64,000 nt of DNA from Balanoglossus misakiensis (Eukaryota > Animalia > Hemichordata). The stretch's first letter is position 1; each line of letters begins with the position of its first letter. A program made the position numbers and the translations under genes. The DNA lies in contig CM082586.2 of the NCBI GenBank assembly GCA_040954595.2, forward strand, positions 4,223,125-4,287,124. Reading direction: 5' to 3'. The notes under the pieces were generated by a model. That model was not told the origin of the DNA. It was given only the letters and a program-made list of their open reading frames with translations, and made no database searches. This document shows positions 51,452 through 62,724 of this stretch, piece by piece.

Positions 51452-53283
51452 GGAAGTACACACAGAATGCAAAATTGTATACAGTGAAACCTGTCAATAC
51501 GGACATCTCTCAAAGGACATACTGTTCAAGACATATTAAGTTAGTTTAAATAGAATATTACCTGTCTATTGTAAACTGCTTGTGTATTTCTTCTTTTTGT
51601 TATACAGTAATAAACTTCTAAAAAAGTTATAAAGATCAGAGAAAGTCTAGAAGTGAAATAAACTGTACTATTTGTTTGCCCTGAGAGACTGAGCTGTGTT
51701 ATTACTGTGCACTTTCTTGCAACCATAAATAATTTAATCTCATGCAAGAAAGTGGGAAAATGCAAGGTTAATTGGCACGTCAGAGATTGTCACTTTCCTG
51801 TGTCAGTTTCGTTATCAGCTGCAGCCAGCTGAACCCAGGTATCTGAAATCATGTGATACCGACATGCTGAAACCGAGGCTGATGTGAATTGCGCGAAGAA
51901 TTCCGATTCTGATTCTTTTCAGTTCTGGTAATTTCTTCCCATCCTCTGTTTTTTTCATGACAGACATTGTACTCTGCCTTAAGTAGCCTACACTATTAAA
52001 TGAACTTCGGTGATAAATTGGTCGCGCAATATCAGCGTCTTACTCATTGTTACTCGTATAAACTGGGCGTGAACTGAATATTCAAAATTTTGTTCTAACC
52101 CGTTGGTGGCGTCCATTCTAAACATTTTTCTTTGGTTGTAGAACGAAAAATAAAGAACTTTAACTGTCCAACTATAACTTATGCATGAAATATGTTTCAG
52201 TTGGAAGACCTGGTGAAACTGAATCCGTGTTTTTTTGCCCAAAACGCCATGAAAACCAATCTAAAATGTTTTGCGTCAATGACCTTTGACCCATTGACCC
52301 ATACTCGCGCCACCAACGTTGAGCGCTGAATCGACAGTTTGTGTTTCCAATGCTGGCAAACTTCTTCGTTTTTGAGCGCCGTTCAATCATTTTGACACCA
52401 ATCATCAAATCACGTTAGATCTTGGAATACCAGGTATGATTTTCAGATTACTTTCCTATGACCACAAGTTTTTTTTGGGGTCATTAGACCAGTAAATGTG
52501 AGTGACCTAATCCAAGCTTGGCCGCATTTAGTCATGAATGCCAGTCGAAACCAAGCCACGCCATTTTGCATAACAGTTAGAAACCGAAATCGCACATATG
52601 TCGTGATTAGTCAGACGTTTCGATAACTTGTGTGAATTTGAACTTGGTCCCCTCGTTTTAGTGCTTTTTGTGGAATTCTTCATTTGTCGTGCGCTGGTGG
52701 GATGGGGAAAATCTGAAATGGTGACCGTGAAATGTACATGGCGACATGTAGTACAAACTGGTGTAAGCAACACAACTTCGACCTCCACAGACTGCATACT
52801 GCGTGCTGTACGGATCCCAGATATCTGTACTTAAATTCTTGCAAGATCCATTACTGGAAAAAAATCCGAATGTGGATACCCGGTACTATCTATTTCCAAA
52901 ACAAATATTGTTTTCTTGTTGAATGTTGATATCTGGCTGATTTGAAAAAAAAAACAACAACAACAACACAACAACTAAATGCAGTATTGTATAAACTCGG
53001 TAATCACATCAAAAAAAGCACACAAGAGTGTGAGCTCATAGATTAGTATTCTTTTTGGCCTGTATAATACGAGTTTACTTACCTAGCAATAAAAGTCTGA
53101 TATTTTTGGACAAATGTTAGAAATACAGTATTATGTGTGTGGATTATTTTTTATATTTTTGACGATATGCCCATGCTCACACCTGCCTCGGATAAAATAA
53201 GAAGAAATATATTTCTGGTTTTATTACAGGTCTAATTGTATCTCCATGTAAAGAACAATCCCCCTCTGAATTGAAGTGACACA

Positions 53284-55644
53284 ATGACGTCTGCAAAAGC
53301 CGTAACCTTTGAGTGGGAGTACAGAAACCCTGGCCACCCCAGCTCAGTCCTGAACAAGTTGAACGAACTGCGCCTGAAGTCATTCACGACCGATGTGGTG
53401 CTGTGCATTTCCGAGAAGCAGTACCCGTGTCATCAAGTGGTGCTGGCGAGCTGTTGCAAGTTTTTCATGGGGTTCTTCTACGAGAAATCCGAGAGCCAGG
53501 AGATGGCCGCGACCATGCTGGAGGGTATGAACGGCAACTTGTTTGAGCTGTTCCTGGAGTACATCTACACTGGGTGCGCCAAACTGAACACGGGCAATGT
53601 CGACGACGTCTTGCAGATAGCCGAGCGCTTCGAGGTTGAATCACTCATCGAGGGGTGTAAACAGTTCCTGCAGAATACAGAGTCTGAGAAAAAAACTGTA
53701 GACCCCGCTGTTGCGGTCAATGACGAGGAGCAAGAACACAGCCAAGTTGAAGGTCCCGCTGTTGTGGTCAACAAAGAGGAGCCAGAACACAGCCAAGTTG
53801 AAGGTCAAGATCATGACTATATTGCCTCGAGCAGAAAACCCAAACGCGGCAAGTCTGCCGAAGATGATGACCCTGACTATGATGTACAGGATGACGAAGA
53901 TTCTCCCGACGAAGCTGAGGTAGCCGTCAAGGTGGCAGTGTCCGGCAAAAGTAAGAGGGTCCGGAAACCGACTGCACACGGCCGGGAATACATGGCGAGC
54001 CTGCGACGAAGTACCACATCCTCAAGGTCTCCCCGAAAGTGTGCGAAATGCGGGAAGAGTTTCTCCTCCAGTTCGAGTCTGGCGACACACATGAGGACCG
54101 ATCATGGGGCGGATCTTGGCGAGAAGACAGACACCCCCGCGGTGACAGTGGACGGTGCCAGCAGCGATTCCAAAGAGCCACCGAAGAAGAGAGCGAAGGA
54201 GACAGAAGACCCAGCCGAGGAGGGTGCGCAGAAAGAACGAAGATTCAAATGTTCCAGCTGCTCCAAATCCTTCCATTCCAACGAGGGGCTGATCAAACAC
54301 GAACGGACTCACACGGGGGAAAAGCCCTACGAGTGCCCCGAGTGCAAGATCGGCTTTTCCGTCTCCTCCAACTTCTACAAACACATGCGCATGAAGCACG
54401 ACGTGGACACCAGCACGGCGCGCACCGAAATCCTCAAGAAGTCCACAACGGGCTCCGGGTGCCGCCAGCACCTGCAGAAGAAGTTGCGCGACTGCTCCGT
54501 TTGCAAGATCTCTTTCTCGTCCGTCAAGTCCTTCAAGCAGCACATCCGCGAGGTCCACCCGGACGATTTGGATCTGTTCAAACCGCCGTCGTACAAGTGC
54601 GACTACTGCCAGAAGACGTTCAAGTGGCAGAGCGCGCTGAAGGACCACATGAACGTGCACACAGGCGAGCGGCCGTACTCGTGCGACCTCTGCGGCAAGC
54701 GCTTCAAGTTCAGCCAGAGCGTCAAGTTCCACCGGACGCGCGTGCACGAGAAGAGCCGCCCCCACAAGTGCCACCTGTGCGACAAGGCCTTCAGCGTGCT
54801 GGCCAACCTGAAGATGCACCAGGTGTGCCACACGCGCGAGCGGCGCTTCCTCTGCGACCTGTGCGGCAAGGCCTTCGCCTACCCGCAGAGCCTGGCGCTG
54901 CACCGCCGGACGCACGGCGCCGAGAAGACCCTGCAGTGCGACCTGTGCAGCAAGCTCTTCAAGCTGAAGAAGCAGCTGCTCAGCCACCGCAAGTACGCGC
55001 ACACGTCGGACAAGGTGGCCTGCGACGTCTGCGGCAAGATGTTCAGCAAGCTGTACATCGACAAGCACAAGGTGCACCACCTGACGGAGCCCCAGCACGA
55101 GTGCGACGAGTGCGGTAAGATGTTCCGACTGCAGAAGGGGTTGAGGACGCATAAGATGACAGTTCACAGTGAGGAGCGGCCGTACGTGTGCGACGTGTGC
55201 CGCAGAAGTTTCAAAGACCGGTACCTCCTGAGGAAGCACGAGCTCCTCCACTCGCGCCCGTACTCCTGCGGCGAGTGCAAGCAGGGCTTCAAGACGTACG
55301 AGAGTCTGGAGAAGCACCTGAAAACCCACAAGCGCAAGTTCAGCTGCAAGAAGTGCTCGCACAGCTTCAACCGGGCGGAGCTGCTGGAGAAACACCTGCG
55401 AATCTGCACGGTTGTGCAGACGGACGAGCCGTACCCGAAGAGCATCGTGTCGTCGCCCCCGGCCGCGGCGACGCCCAGCGCGCAGAGCGTACAGAGTGCG
55501 CAGAGCATCCTGAACCTCATACAGACCGGCCTGCAGAACCAGGGCGAGCCGGGGCAGACCCACACCATCATGATTCCCGTGCACACCGACATCGACGTCA
55601 TCGCAGCTGTGGCCAGTCTGCAGGAAGTGACTACGTCAAACTAG
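53284..55644 (+). CDS. BTB/POZ domain + 14 zinc-finger protein (ZBTB-like), 786 aa
   Basis: BTB signature LNELRLKSFTTDVVLCISEKQYPCHQVVLASCCKFF...FLEYIYTG; acidic linker; 13 C2H2 fingers and a terminal C2HC finger. Acceptor ttttattacag ends at 53229; candidate upstream non-coding exon donor CAG|GTATGA at 52433. Confidence 0.93.
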   Translation: MTSAKAVTFEWEYRNPGHPSSVLNKLNELRLKSFTTDVVLCISEKQYPCHQVVLASCCKFFMGFFYEKSESQEMAATMLEGMNGNLFELFLEYIYTGCAKLNTGNVDDVLQIAERFEVESLIEGCKQFLQNTESEKKTVDPAVAVNDEEQEHSQVEGPAVVVNKEEPEHSQVEGQDHDYIASSRKPKRGKSAEDDDPDYDVQDDEDSPDEAEVAVKVAVSGKSKRVRKPTAHGREYMASLRRSTTSSRSPRKCAKCGKSFSSSSSLATHMRTDHGADLGEKTDTPAVTVDGASSDSKEPPKKRAKETEDPAEEGAQKERRFKCSSCSKSFHSNEGLIKHERTHTGEKPYECPECKIGFSVSSNFYKHMRMKHDVDTSTARTEILKKSTTGSGCRQHLQKKLRDCSVCKISFSSVKSFKQHIREVHPDDLDLFKPPSYKCDYCQKTFKWQSALKDHMNVHTGERPYSCDLCGKRFKFSQSVKFHRTRVHEKSRPHKCHLCDKAFSVLANLKMHQVCHTRERRFLCDLCGKAFAYPQSLALHRRTHGAEKTLQCDLCSKLFKLKKQLLSHRKYAHTSDKVACDVCGKMFSKLYIDKHKVHHLTEPQHECDECGKMFRLQKGLRTHKMTVHSEERPYVCDVCRRSFKDRYLLRKHELLHSRPYSCGECKQGFKTYESLEKHLKTHKRKFSCKKCSHSFNRAELLEKHLRICTVVQTDEPYPKSIVSSPPAAATPSAQSVQSAQSILNLIQTGLQNQGEPGQTHTIMIPVHTDIDVIAAVASLQEVTTSN

Positions 55645-56388
55645 CGTCAATCTCGCTTTTCCATCAGTGACAGTAATCAATCAAGAAAAGCCCAGAAATG
55701 CATACACATACTTTGAAACGAAATTATTCATTCAGGGAAAAGATAGAATGTTTCAAATTCACCAGTCTTACGGGGCAAGACTTGTAGTTTGACTAGTACG
55801 TTACATGTATGGTGTGAAATCTTGGCTGCCATTTTCTCCTTGCTGCCGGGATTAGTGCAGATCTTTGCAATTGTCTTCACACACACGCGCAGGCTCTTCA
55901 AAGAATATCAACACTCGGAAGACACTGTGAACTGTCATCTTATGGGACTTCAGGACTTTTCTCTACACAAATATGACATATTTGACAAATGCATTCAGAG
56001 AAACCAATTGTTCAACCAATGCATATATATACAGTACTGGTAAAATAATGATAACACTTGTTACTTTCTTAGTTTGTACTATGGAATTTTTAAACAAACT
56101 ACACAATGGCACTAAAATAGCATATCAAAACAGTGCTTATTGCAAAATTGATTTTATTGCATGCTTGTAAATGCTGTATTTCTACCAGATTTGAACATGT
56201 GAAAAATTAGAAAAATATGAAGGGGGCTCTTGCCTGAATTGTTAGCTTGGATACGTTTGAAGACTTTCACTTCAACTTGCTGAAGTATAAAGGCTAAAAA
56301 TGGTGCATTTATTTATTTACAACTAAATTGATCAATTTATACGACCCAAGTTATTCTTCATGTACTGGTTGTTTTCTGTGATTTCCAG

Positions 56389-57129
56389 GCCCGCATAAGT
56401 GTACTCACTGCGACAAGACCTTTAAGTTTCCCAGTGCTTTGAAAGACCATCTGAATGTCCATACAGGAGAACGGCCCTACGAGTGCGACGTGTGCGGAAA
56501 GCGCTTCAAGTTCACCCAGAGCGTCAAATCCCACCGTAGGAGCGTCCACGACAAGAGCCGCCCCCACAAGTGCGGTCTGTGCGGCAAGGCCTTCTTCGCG
56601 TGGTCCGCCATGAAGGTTCACATGGTGAGCCACACAAAAGAGCGGAGTTTCCTCTGCAGTCTGTGCGGCAAGAGCTTCGCCTACAAGCACAGCCTGAACC
56701 TCCACTCGAAGTCGGAGCACGGCCGGGCGGGGGAGACGTCCAAGTGCGACGTGTGCGACAAGACGTTCCGGACGCAGAGAAAGATGCGGCGACACAAGCA
56801 GTACGCCCACGAGTCCGACAAGGTCCCCTGTGATATCTGCGGGAAAGTGTTCTCGTCACAGTACATTAAGAAACACCAAAGCGTGCATACAAGTCCGGAG
56901 CAAGAAGGAGATGAGACTTCGCAGCATGCCGCAGTGATTCTCAAGTGCGCCGTGTGCGACAAGACGTTTGGGACAAGGAGAAGGTTGCGACGCCACAAGC
57001 AGTACGCCCACGAGTCAGACAAGGTCCCTTGTGAGATCTGCGGGAAAACTCTCTCGTCCCAGTACATTAAGAAACACCAAAGCATGCATACAGTTCCGGG
57101 CGTACGGGAACAAGGAACTGACGTGTCTG
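56389..57129 (+). CDS. Zinc-finger cassette exon A (8 C2H2 fingers), symmetric phase 1-1, 741 nt
   Basis: Acceptor tgtgatttccag|GCCCGCATAAG and donor TCTG|gtaaga; open frame (x)PHKCTHCDKTF...EQGTDVS; paralogous to fingers 5-10 of the 53284 gene. Upstream partner exon not established. Confidence 0.75.
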
Positions 57130-58332
57130 GTAAGAAATTAAAAATAAACTACTGCACTGGCACTGGACTAGCGTATTAACTCTTAACAGTGATAATGGCA
57201 GGACTTTACATGAAGCTGAACAGGCAAACGTGATTTTTATTGCATGCTTGTAAATACTCTATTTCTTCCAGTGGTTCTGTATTCTTTGTGTACTAAATCC
57301 TTTTTTTTGGTGTGATTTCCAGGCCCACATAAGTGTACTTACTGCGACAAGACCTTTAAGTCTCCCAGTGCATTGAAGGACCATCTGAATGTCCATACAG
57401 GAGAACGGCCCTACGAGTGCGACGTGTGCGGAAAGCGCTTCAAGTTCACCCAGAGCGTCAAATCCCACCGTAGGAGCGTCCACGACAAGAGCCGCCCCCA
57501 CAAGTGCGGTCTGTGCGGCAAGGCCTTCTTCGCGTGGTCCGCCATGAAGGTTCACATGGTGAGCCACACAAAAGAGCGGAGTTTCCTCTGCAGTCTGTGC
57601 GGCAAGAGCTTCGCCTACAAGCACAGCCTGAACCTCCACTCGAAGTCGGAGCACGGCCGGGCGGGGGAGACGTCCAAGTGCGACGTGTGCGACAAGACGT
57701 TCCGGACGCAGAGAAAGATGCGGCGACACAAGCAGTACGCCCACGAGTCCGACAAGGTCCCCTGTGATATCTGCGGGAAAGTGTTCTCGTCACAGTACAT
57801 TAAGAAACACCAAAGCGTGCATACAAGTCCGGAGCAAGAAGGAGATGAGACTTCGCAGCATGCCGCAGTGATTCTCAAGTGCGCCGTGTGCGACAAGACG
57901 TTTGGGACAAGGAGAAGGTTGCGACGCCACAAGCAGTACGCCCACGAGTCAGACAAGGTCCCTTGTGAGATCTGCGGGAAAACTCTCTCGTCCCAGTACA
58001 TTAAGAAACACCAAAGCATGCATACAGTTCCGGGCGTACGGGAACAAGGAACTGACGTGTCTGGTAAGAAATTAAAAATAAACTACTGCACTGGCACTGG
58101 ACTAGCGTATTAACTCTTAACAGTGATAATGGCAGGACTTTACATGAAGCTGAACAGGCAAACGTGATTTTTATTGCATGCTTGTAAATACTCTATTTCT
58201 TCCAGTGGTTCTGTATTCTTTGTGTACTAAATCCTTTTTTTTGGTGTGATTTCCAGGCCCACATAAGTGTACTTACTGCGACAAGACCTTTAAGTCTCCC
58301 AGTGCATTGAAGGACCATCTGAATGTCCATAC
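56445..58332 (+). repeat. Tandem segmental duplication, 934-bp period, two apparently identical copies including the intron
   Basis: 56445-57398 matches 57379-58332 by eye; the 20-mer GACCATCTGAATGTCCATAC occurs at 56445, 57379 and 58313. Confidence 0.92.
57323..58063 (+). CDS. Zinc-finger cassette exon B (8 C2H2 fingers), near-identical copy of exon A, phase 1-1
   Basis: Same acceptor and donor as exon A shifted by 934 bp; the ORF-track proteins 56439..57179 and 57373..58113 are identical. Confidence 0.7.
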
Positions 58333-59284
58333 GGGGGAAACGCCTTACCAGTGTGACGTGTGTGGAAAGCGCTTCAAGTTCAGCCAGAGCATCAAACCCC
58401 ACCATAGGCGCGTGCACAACAAGAGCCAGCCTCACCGGCACAAGTGCGATTTGTGCGGCAAGGGCTTCCATGGTCTGTCCTTCTTGAAGGAGCACATGGT
58501 GAGGCACACCAAGGAGCGGAGTTTCCTCTGCGATCTGTGCGGCAAGAGCTTCGGGTACAGCTCCAGCCTGAGGATGCACAAGAAGTCGATGCACGCGGCG
58601 GCGGGCGAGGTCTTCAAGTGCGACGCCTGCGACCGGACGTTCGCAAGGGCAAAGCAGCTGCTGCATCACCGGCAGTACAGCCACACGTCGGAGAAGGTCG
58701 CCTGCGACATCTGCGGGAAGACGTACTCGTCCCTGTACATCGAGCGACACCGCATCATGCACGCGAGTCGGGACGTCTGGGAACACGAGTGCAGCACGTG
58801 CGGCAAGCAGTTCCAGCGGCAGAGCCACCTGCAGTCGCACCTGGCGCGGGTGCACAGCGACGCCCGGCCCCACGTGTGCGAAGTCTGCGGCCGGAGCTTC
58901 AAGTACCCCCACACTCTGAAGAAACACCGGCTGCTGCACGCCCGGCCCTTCTCCTGCGACACGTGCAAGCAGGGCTTCCTGACCCGGGAGAGTCTCGACG
59001 AGCACATGCAAGTGCACCAGCGCCTGTTCAGCTGCAGGATGTGCCGCTACAGCTTCAAAACCGTCAAGCAGCTGAACAAGCACATGACAGTGTGTACCGT
59101 AGTCGAGGGAGGCAGCGACCCCTCCGAGGGGGTCACCCCCGGGCCTTCCACGCGAAGTGCAGAGGGCATTCTGGGCGTCATAGAAACAGGGCTACCACAT
59201 TCACAGGTGATTCCGGAACAAACCAACACGGAAGTCGTCCAGGCTGTGCAAACTGTGCGGGAAATCTACACACTAAAGCACTAA
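58257..59284 (+). CDS. Terminal zinc-finger exon C (10 fingers plus C-terminal tail)
   Basis: Acceptor tgtgatttccag|GCCCACATAAG (phase 1), open to stop at 59284; colinear with fingers 5-14 and the tail of the 53284 gene (CTVV...SAEGILGVIETGL vs CTVV...SAQSILNLIQTGL). Confidence 0.8.
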
Positions 59285-62153
59285 TACTCAATATGGCCAT
59301 TTTTTGTAATTGAAACGAAACCAAACATGAATTCTCCTTCGTAATACAGTAAAACCTGCCTGGACCGAATCTTGTGTGTGGCATGGGCAATCCGTAAACC
59401 TGTCTATTTTGAACACATTTTCCTCAACTTGTTTGTGATATTATACCAATGGTGGGGTTGATCTGTTTTTCAAAATTTTTATGCTTTTTTTTTTGTAACT
59501 TGAGTTCATAGAGTAGTATGAAAGATTTGACTGTTTTGCTGTGTGTGTGTGAACTGGGAGTGCTTGCTAAGTCTTCAGTCATGAGATCACCACTTGAGCT
59601 TTAGTGATGAGCATAAATTGTAGAGTTCAGGGAAAATTTTGATGATCAATTTTATTTTTTCACATTGAAAAGTTTATATGTTACACATACACGACTAATA
59701 GCAATAGCTACTGGCTTCAATGTTAACTAGGGGTACATGTACATTTAGCATTCTCAGCATGTAAAGTTTCTTTTCCTAACCCAGTACCTTGTTTTATTGA
59801 TGCATTTATTCAGAATTTATTAGTACAAGCCACGAGACCATTTATGACCTTCGTTTGATAGTAGCTAGTGTTGGAATATTTAAAAAAAAGGATGTACATA
59901 TTTCGACAGCAAGTGTCTGATTTCAATTTTGATTTTTGAATGCAATTCCAATATTGAGGTTGTTAAACAATTCCAAGGTTTTTTTCTTTCAATATGGTAT
60001 AATTTGTTCATGTAGTAATAAACCCGTTTTTCATGAGACAAATATTTGTGTGTGTGTTTTTACTGGAGTGTGAGGGGTAGTGACAGGCACTTCTGAGCTG
60101 AGTGTGCAGATACAAAATTTAACGCAGTCTTTAACTTGATGTGTGTGGTCTGTGGAGTGAAGTACCACTGGGACAGTCGTGGGAAGGAAGTGGTGTTCTG
60201 AAACTTCTGTCAATGTGTCAGTGGCAAGAGGGAACCGGGAAATCTACCCAGAACACATTTCAATAGTTGCCTGCCAGCTGTGCATGGGAAATACATGACG
60301 CCCTCTATGGCAGTATTTGGAATTTCCGGATATTAATATGTAAATTTACTGCTAGTTTACATTCTTGACTGGACTACACAAAATTCTCTTTGAAATTATT
60401 AATATAAAAGCCAAACAGAGAATACTTATCTGTTGTTTTTTTTAATTAGAAAACCAACAATATAAGAACAACTTTCTTTGAAATGAATTCAATGTAAATA
60501 TAAAGATTCACCCCCACATGCACACACACTTCCCAAAAACCCCAGAAAAAAAATCTCAATTTATATATATCTGTTTGGACGGACACTCAGACACCATATT
60601 TCAAAATTTCCAGTTTCATGAATTAACTCATGAAGTCTGACATCTTTACCACCCATATCAAATACTACAGACTATCTTATCGGTTATTTACAACTATCTC
60701 CCATTGCAATTTGATTAGACACACAATTGCACACAAAAATATATGACGTTTGTATATACATGTATAAAGGCAAACACTGTCATACATTGACAAGAAACCC
60801 TGTCATGCCAGTTTCCATGTGGTATGATCCACCTTCAGCACAGAAAACATTGAGAACACTTCAAAGTTCAACTTGTGAAAGGGGTAAGTCACAGCAATGC
60901 AATTTCTGCTGTGACTTTCCATGCTTAAAGCGAGATTTGAGACCACACCCAAATTTACAACTTCGTAGAATTAATTTAGTCTTTCACGTAGTATTGTTAA
61001 ATGCCCCAGTATAGAAGCATTTACAAACTTTGACATAATAGTTGCGACCAAGCCTCGTAACGAAAAATTGCTGGTAAATGGACGTTTAGTGCAATTTGAT
61101 TCTCGAGGATACTGTTAACATTATCCAGGTCAAAATTAGCATATGATCAGACTCACAATATTGTAATATTAAAACTGGAATTTTTTTAGCAACCCTGTGA
61201 AGAGAAAAAAGATGATACGAAAAAAAAAATACCAATTAGTATCCCTGTAGTTCAAACAAATCTGGTTTTGATAAATTTCACTTCAAAAATCACAGGCAAA
61301 AACAGGGTTCACATCATTCACAGGGTAAAAGTATAAACACCTCAAATCTGACCGGACTAGGATCATGGGTTCAAAGTTCAAACCTGGGTTCAAAGAGGTC
61401 AAAGGTTTCAACATTTGCATACCTGTAATAGCTGATGGGAGATGAGGGAATGGGGTAAATCTGCATGCCTATATAAAGAAGGATGGTGTATGTCACATCA
61501 AATCGACTGGAATGCTGGTCAAATGTAGAAAAATTGTAACAAAAACCTTTTTACCGTCCTTCCACTGAATTTTTAAAATGTTTATGAAGTTCCACAGTAA
61601 CATTGGAAATGTTTGTATAAAGCACTGATGTCTGCTCAGCCCAAAGTAAAGTTTCAGTGGAAGTCCAGTAATAGATTCACAGTACGGGCGCTTGCGACCT
61701 TAACCAAAGAAATCATATATTTCTGTAGGTATACAACAATCCATGCTCAATCATCGAAGTTGCTTGGGTAACTGCACTGGAAGGCAGTAAAGTCTCAAAA
61801 CAAAACCATGCAGTTCATGTTTGTATCAGTGAATGTGTAGGGAAACACAGAATTCAATCTATACTATAAGTTGATAATGGCAGATATTTTTTTACTGGAC
61901 GGATGTTTGACATTTTATTGTAATACTTTTTTGGCAGTTTTTGCTTGGATACAATACTGTTCACTGTTTCCCCTGGGACAAGAGATTGTCAGTCCAAAAA
62001 AGATCAACGTTTAGTTTGCAATATACCACAGGGGTGAGAGTACATAGAAAGAACTGCCAGAGTGACCATTCCCAGGGAAGACAGCAGCACTCCAAGTATT
62101 GCCAATACCCCCTCCCCAATACTTGTGTATCCGAAACTTTTGGGCTACATCTT

Positions 62154-62724
62154 CTATGATGCCCCACCTGCGAGCACTTTCTTCTGGCGCACTTTTCTCG
62201 GAATGGGTACCGACAACTCGTTTATCCGCGGAGTCGGTCTTGCGTTTCTCGCAGCTGGTGTGACTTTATACGGGTCGTAGCTGTCGTTCTTCCCCCGACT
62301 CTTCGGACGAGCGAGTTGCTGCAGTCGGATCGTGGCCAGGGCCTTCATGGCCGGCTCGGCCACCGGCCACTGGATGGGCTTCTCCGGCTGGAAGTACGCG
62401 TGCGTGGTCTTGGCCTCGGCGAGCGCCTCCAGCCTCGCGCTTCCCCCCGCCTTCTTGGCCGCCTCCGAGATCTCCTGCTGCCACTCGTCCACGTCCCACT
62501 CGCGGCTCGGTTTGATCTTCAGGGGCGCGTAGACTTTCGGCAGCGCGAGGTGCGTCACCCGGTCCGAGGCCTCGGCGCTCCTGGCACCGGCACTGACCTG
62601 GGTGTGAACTGGACGTTCCACTTGGTATTCCCGGTGCAGCTTTTTGTGTTCACTTAGAGTTTCAACGCGCTCCGAGGCAGAGCCCTTCTGCGCTGATTTA
62701 CTCACTGGCCATATTGGTGACGGT
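62154..62724 (-). CDS. THEG: Last coding exon of a THEG (testicular haploid expressed gene)/SPMAP2-like repeat protein; upstream exons lie outside the window or were not recognised
   Basis: Repeats of the type (W)xVSxxAxxAxASxRxxxLAxPK (PIWPVSKSAQKGSASERVETLSEHK, IQWPVAEPAMKALATIRLQQLARPK, PYKVTPAARNARPTPRINELSVP); acceptor tttttggcag at 62725-62727. Symbol is family-level only. Confidence 0.8.

Noticed and set aside
54022-55584. 520-aa antisense ORF and similar overlapping ORFs (47018-48022, 54039-55118, 58193-59083, 35650-36321)
   Set aside because: Shadows of GC3-rich real exons, which lack stops in other frames; no domain features.
56389-59284. Regularly spaced repeats as a CRISPR-like array
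   Set aside because: The repeats are coding zinc-finger exons in a eukaryotic gene, with no short repeat-spacer structure.
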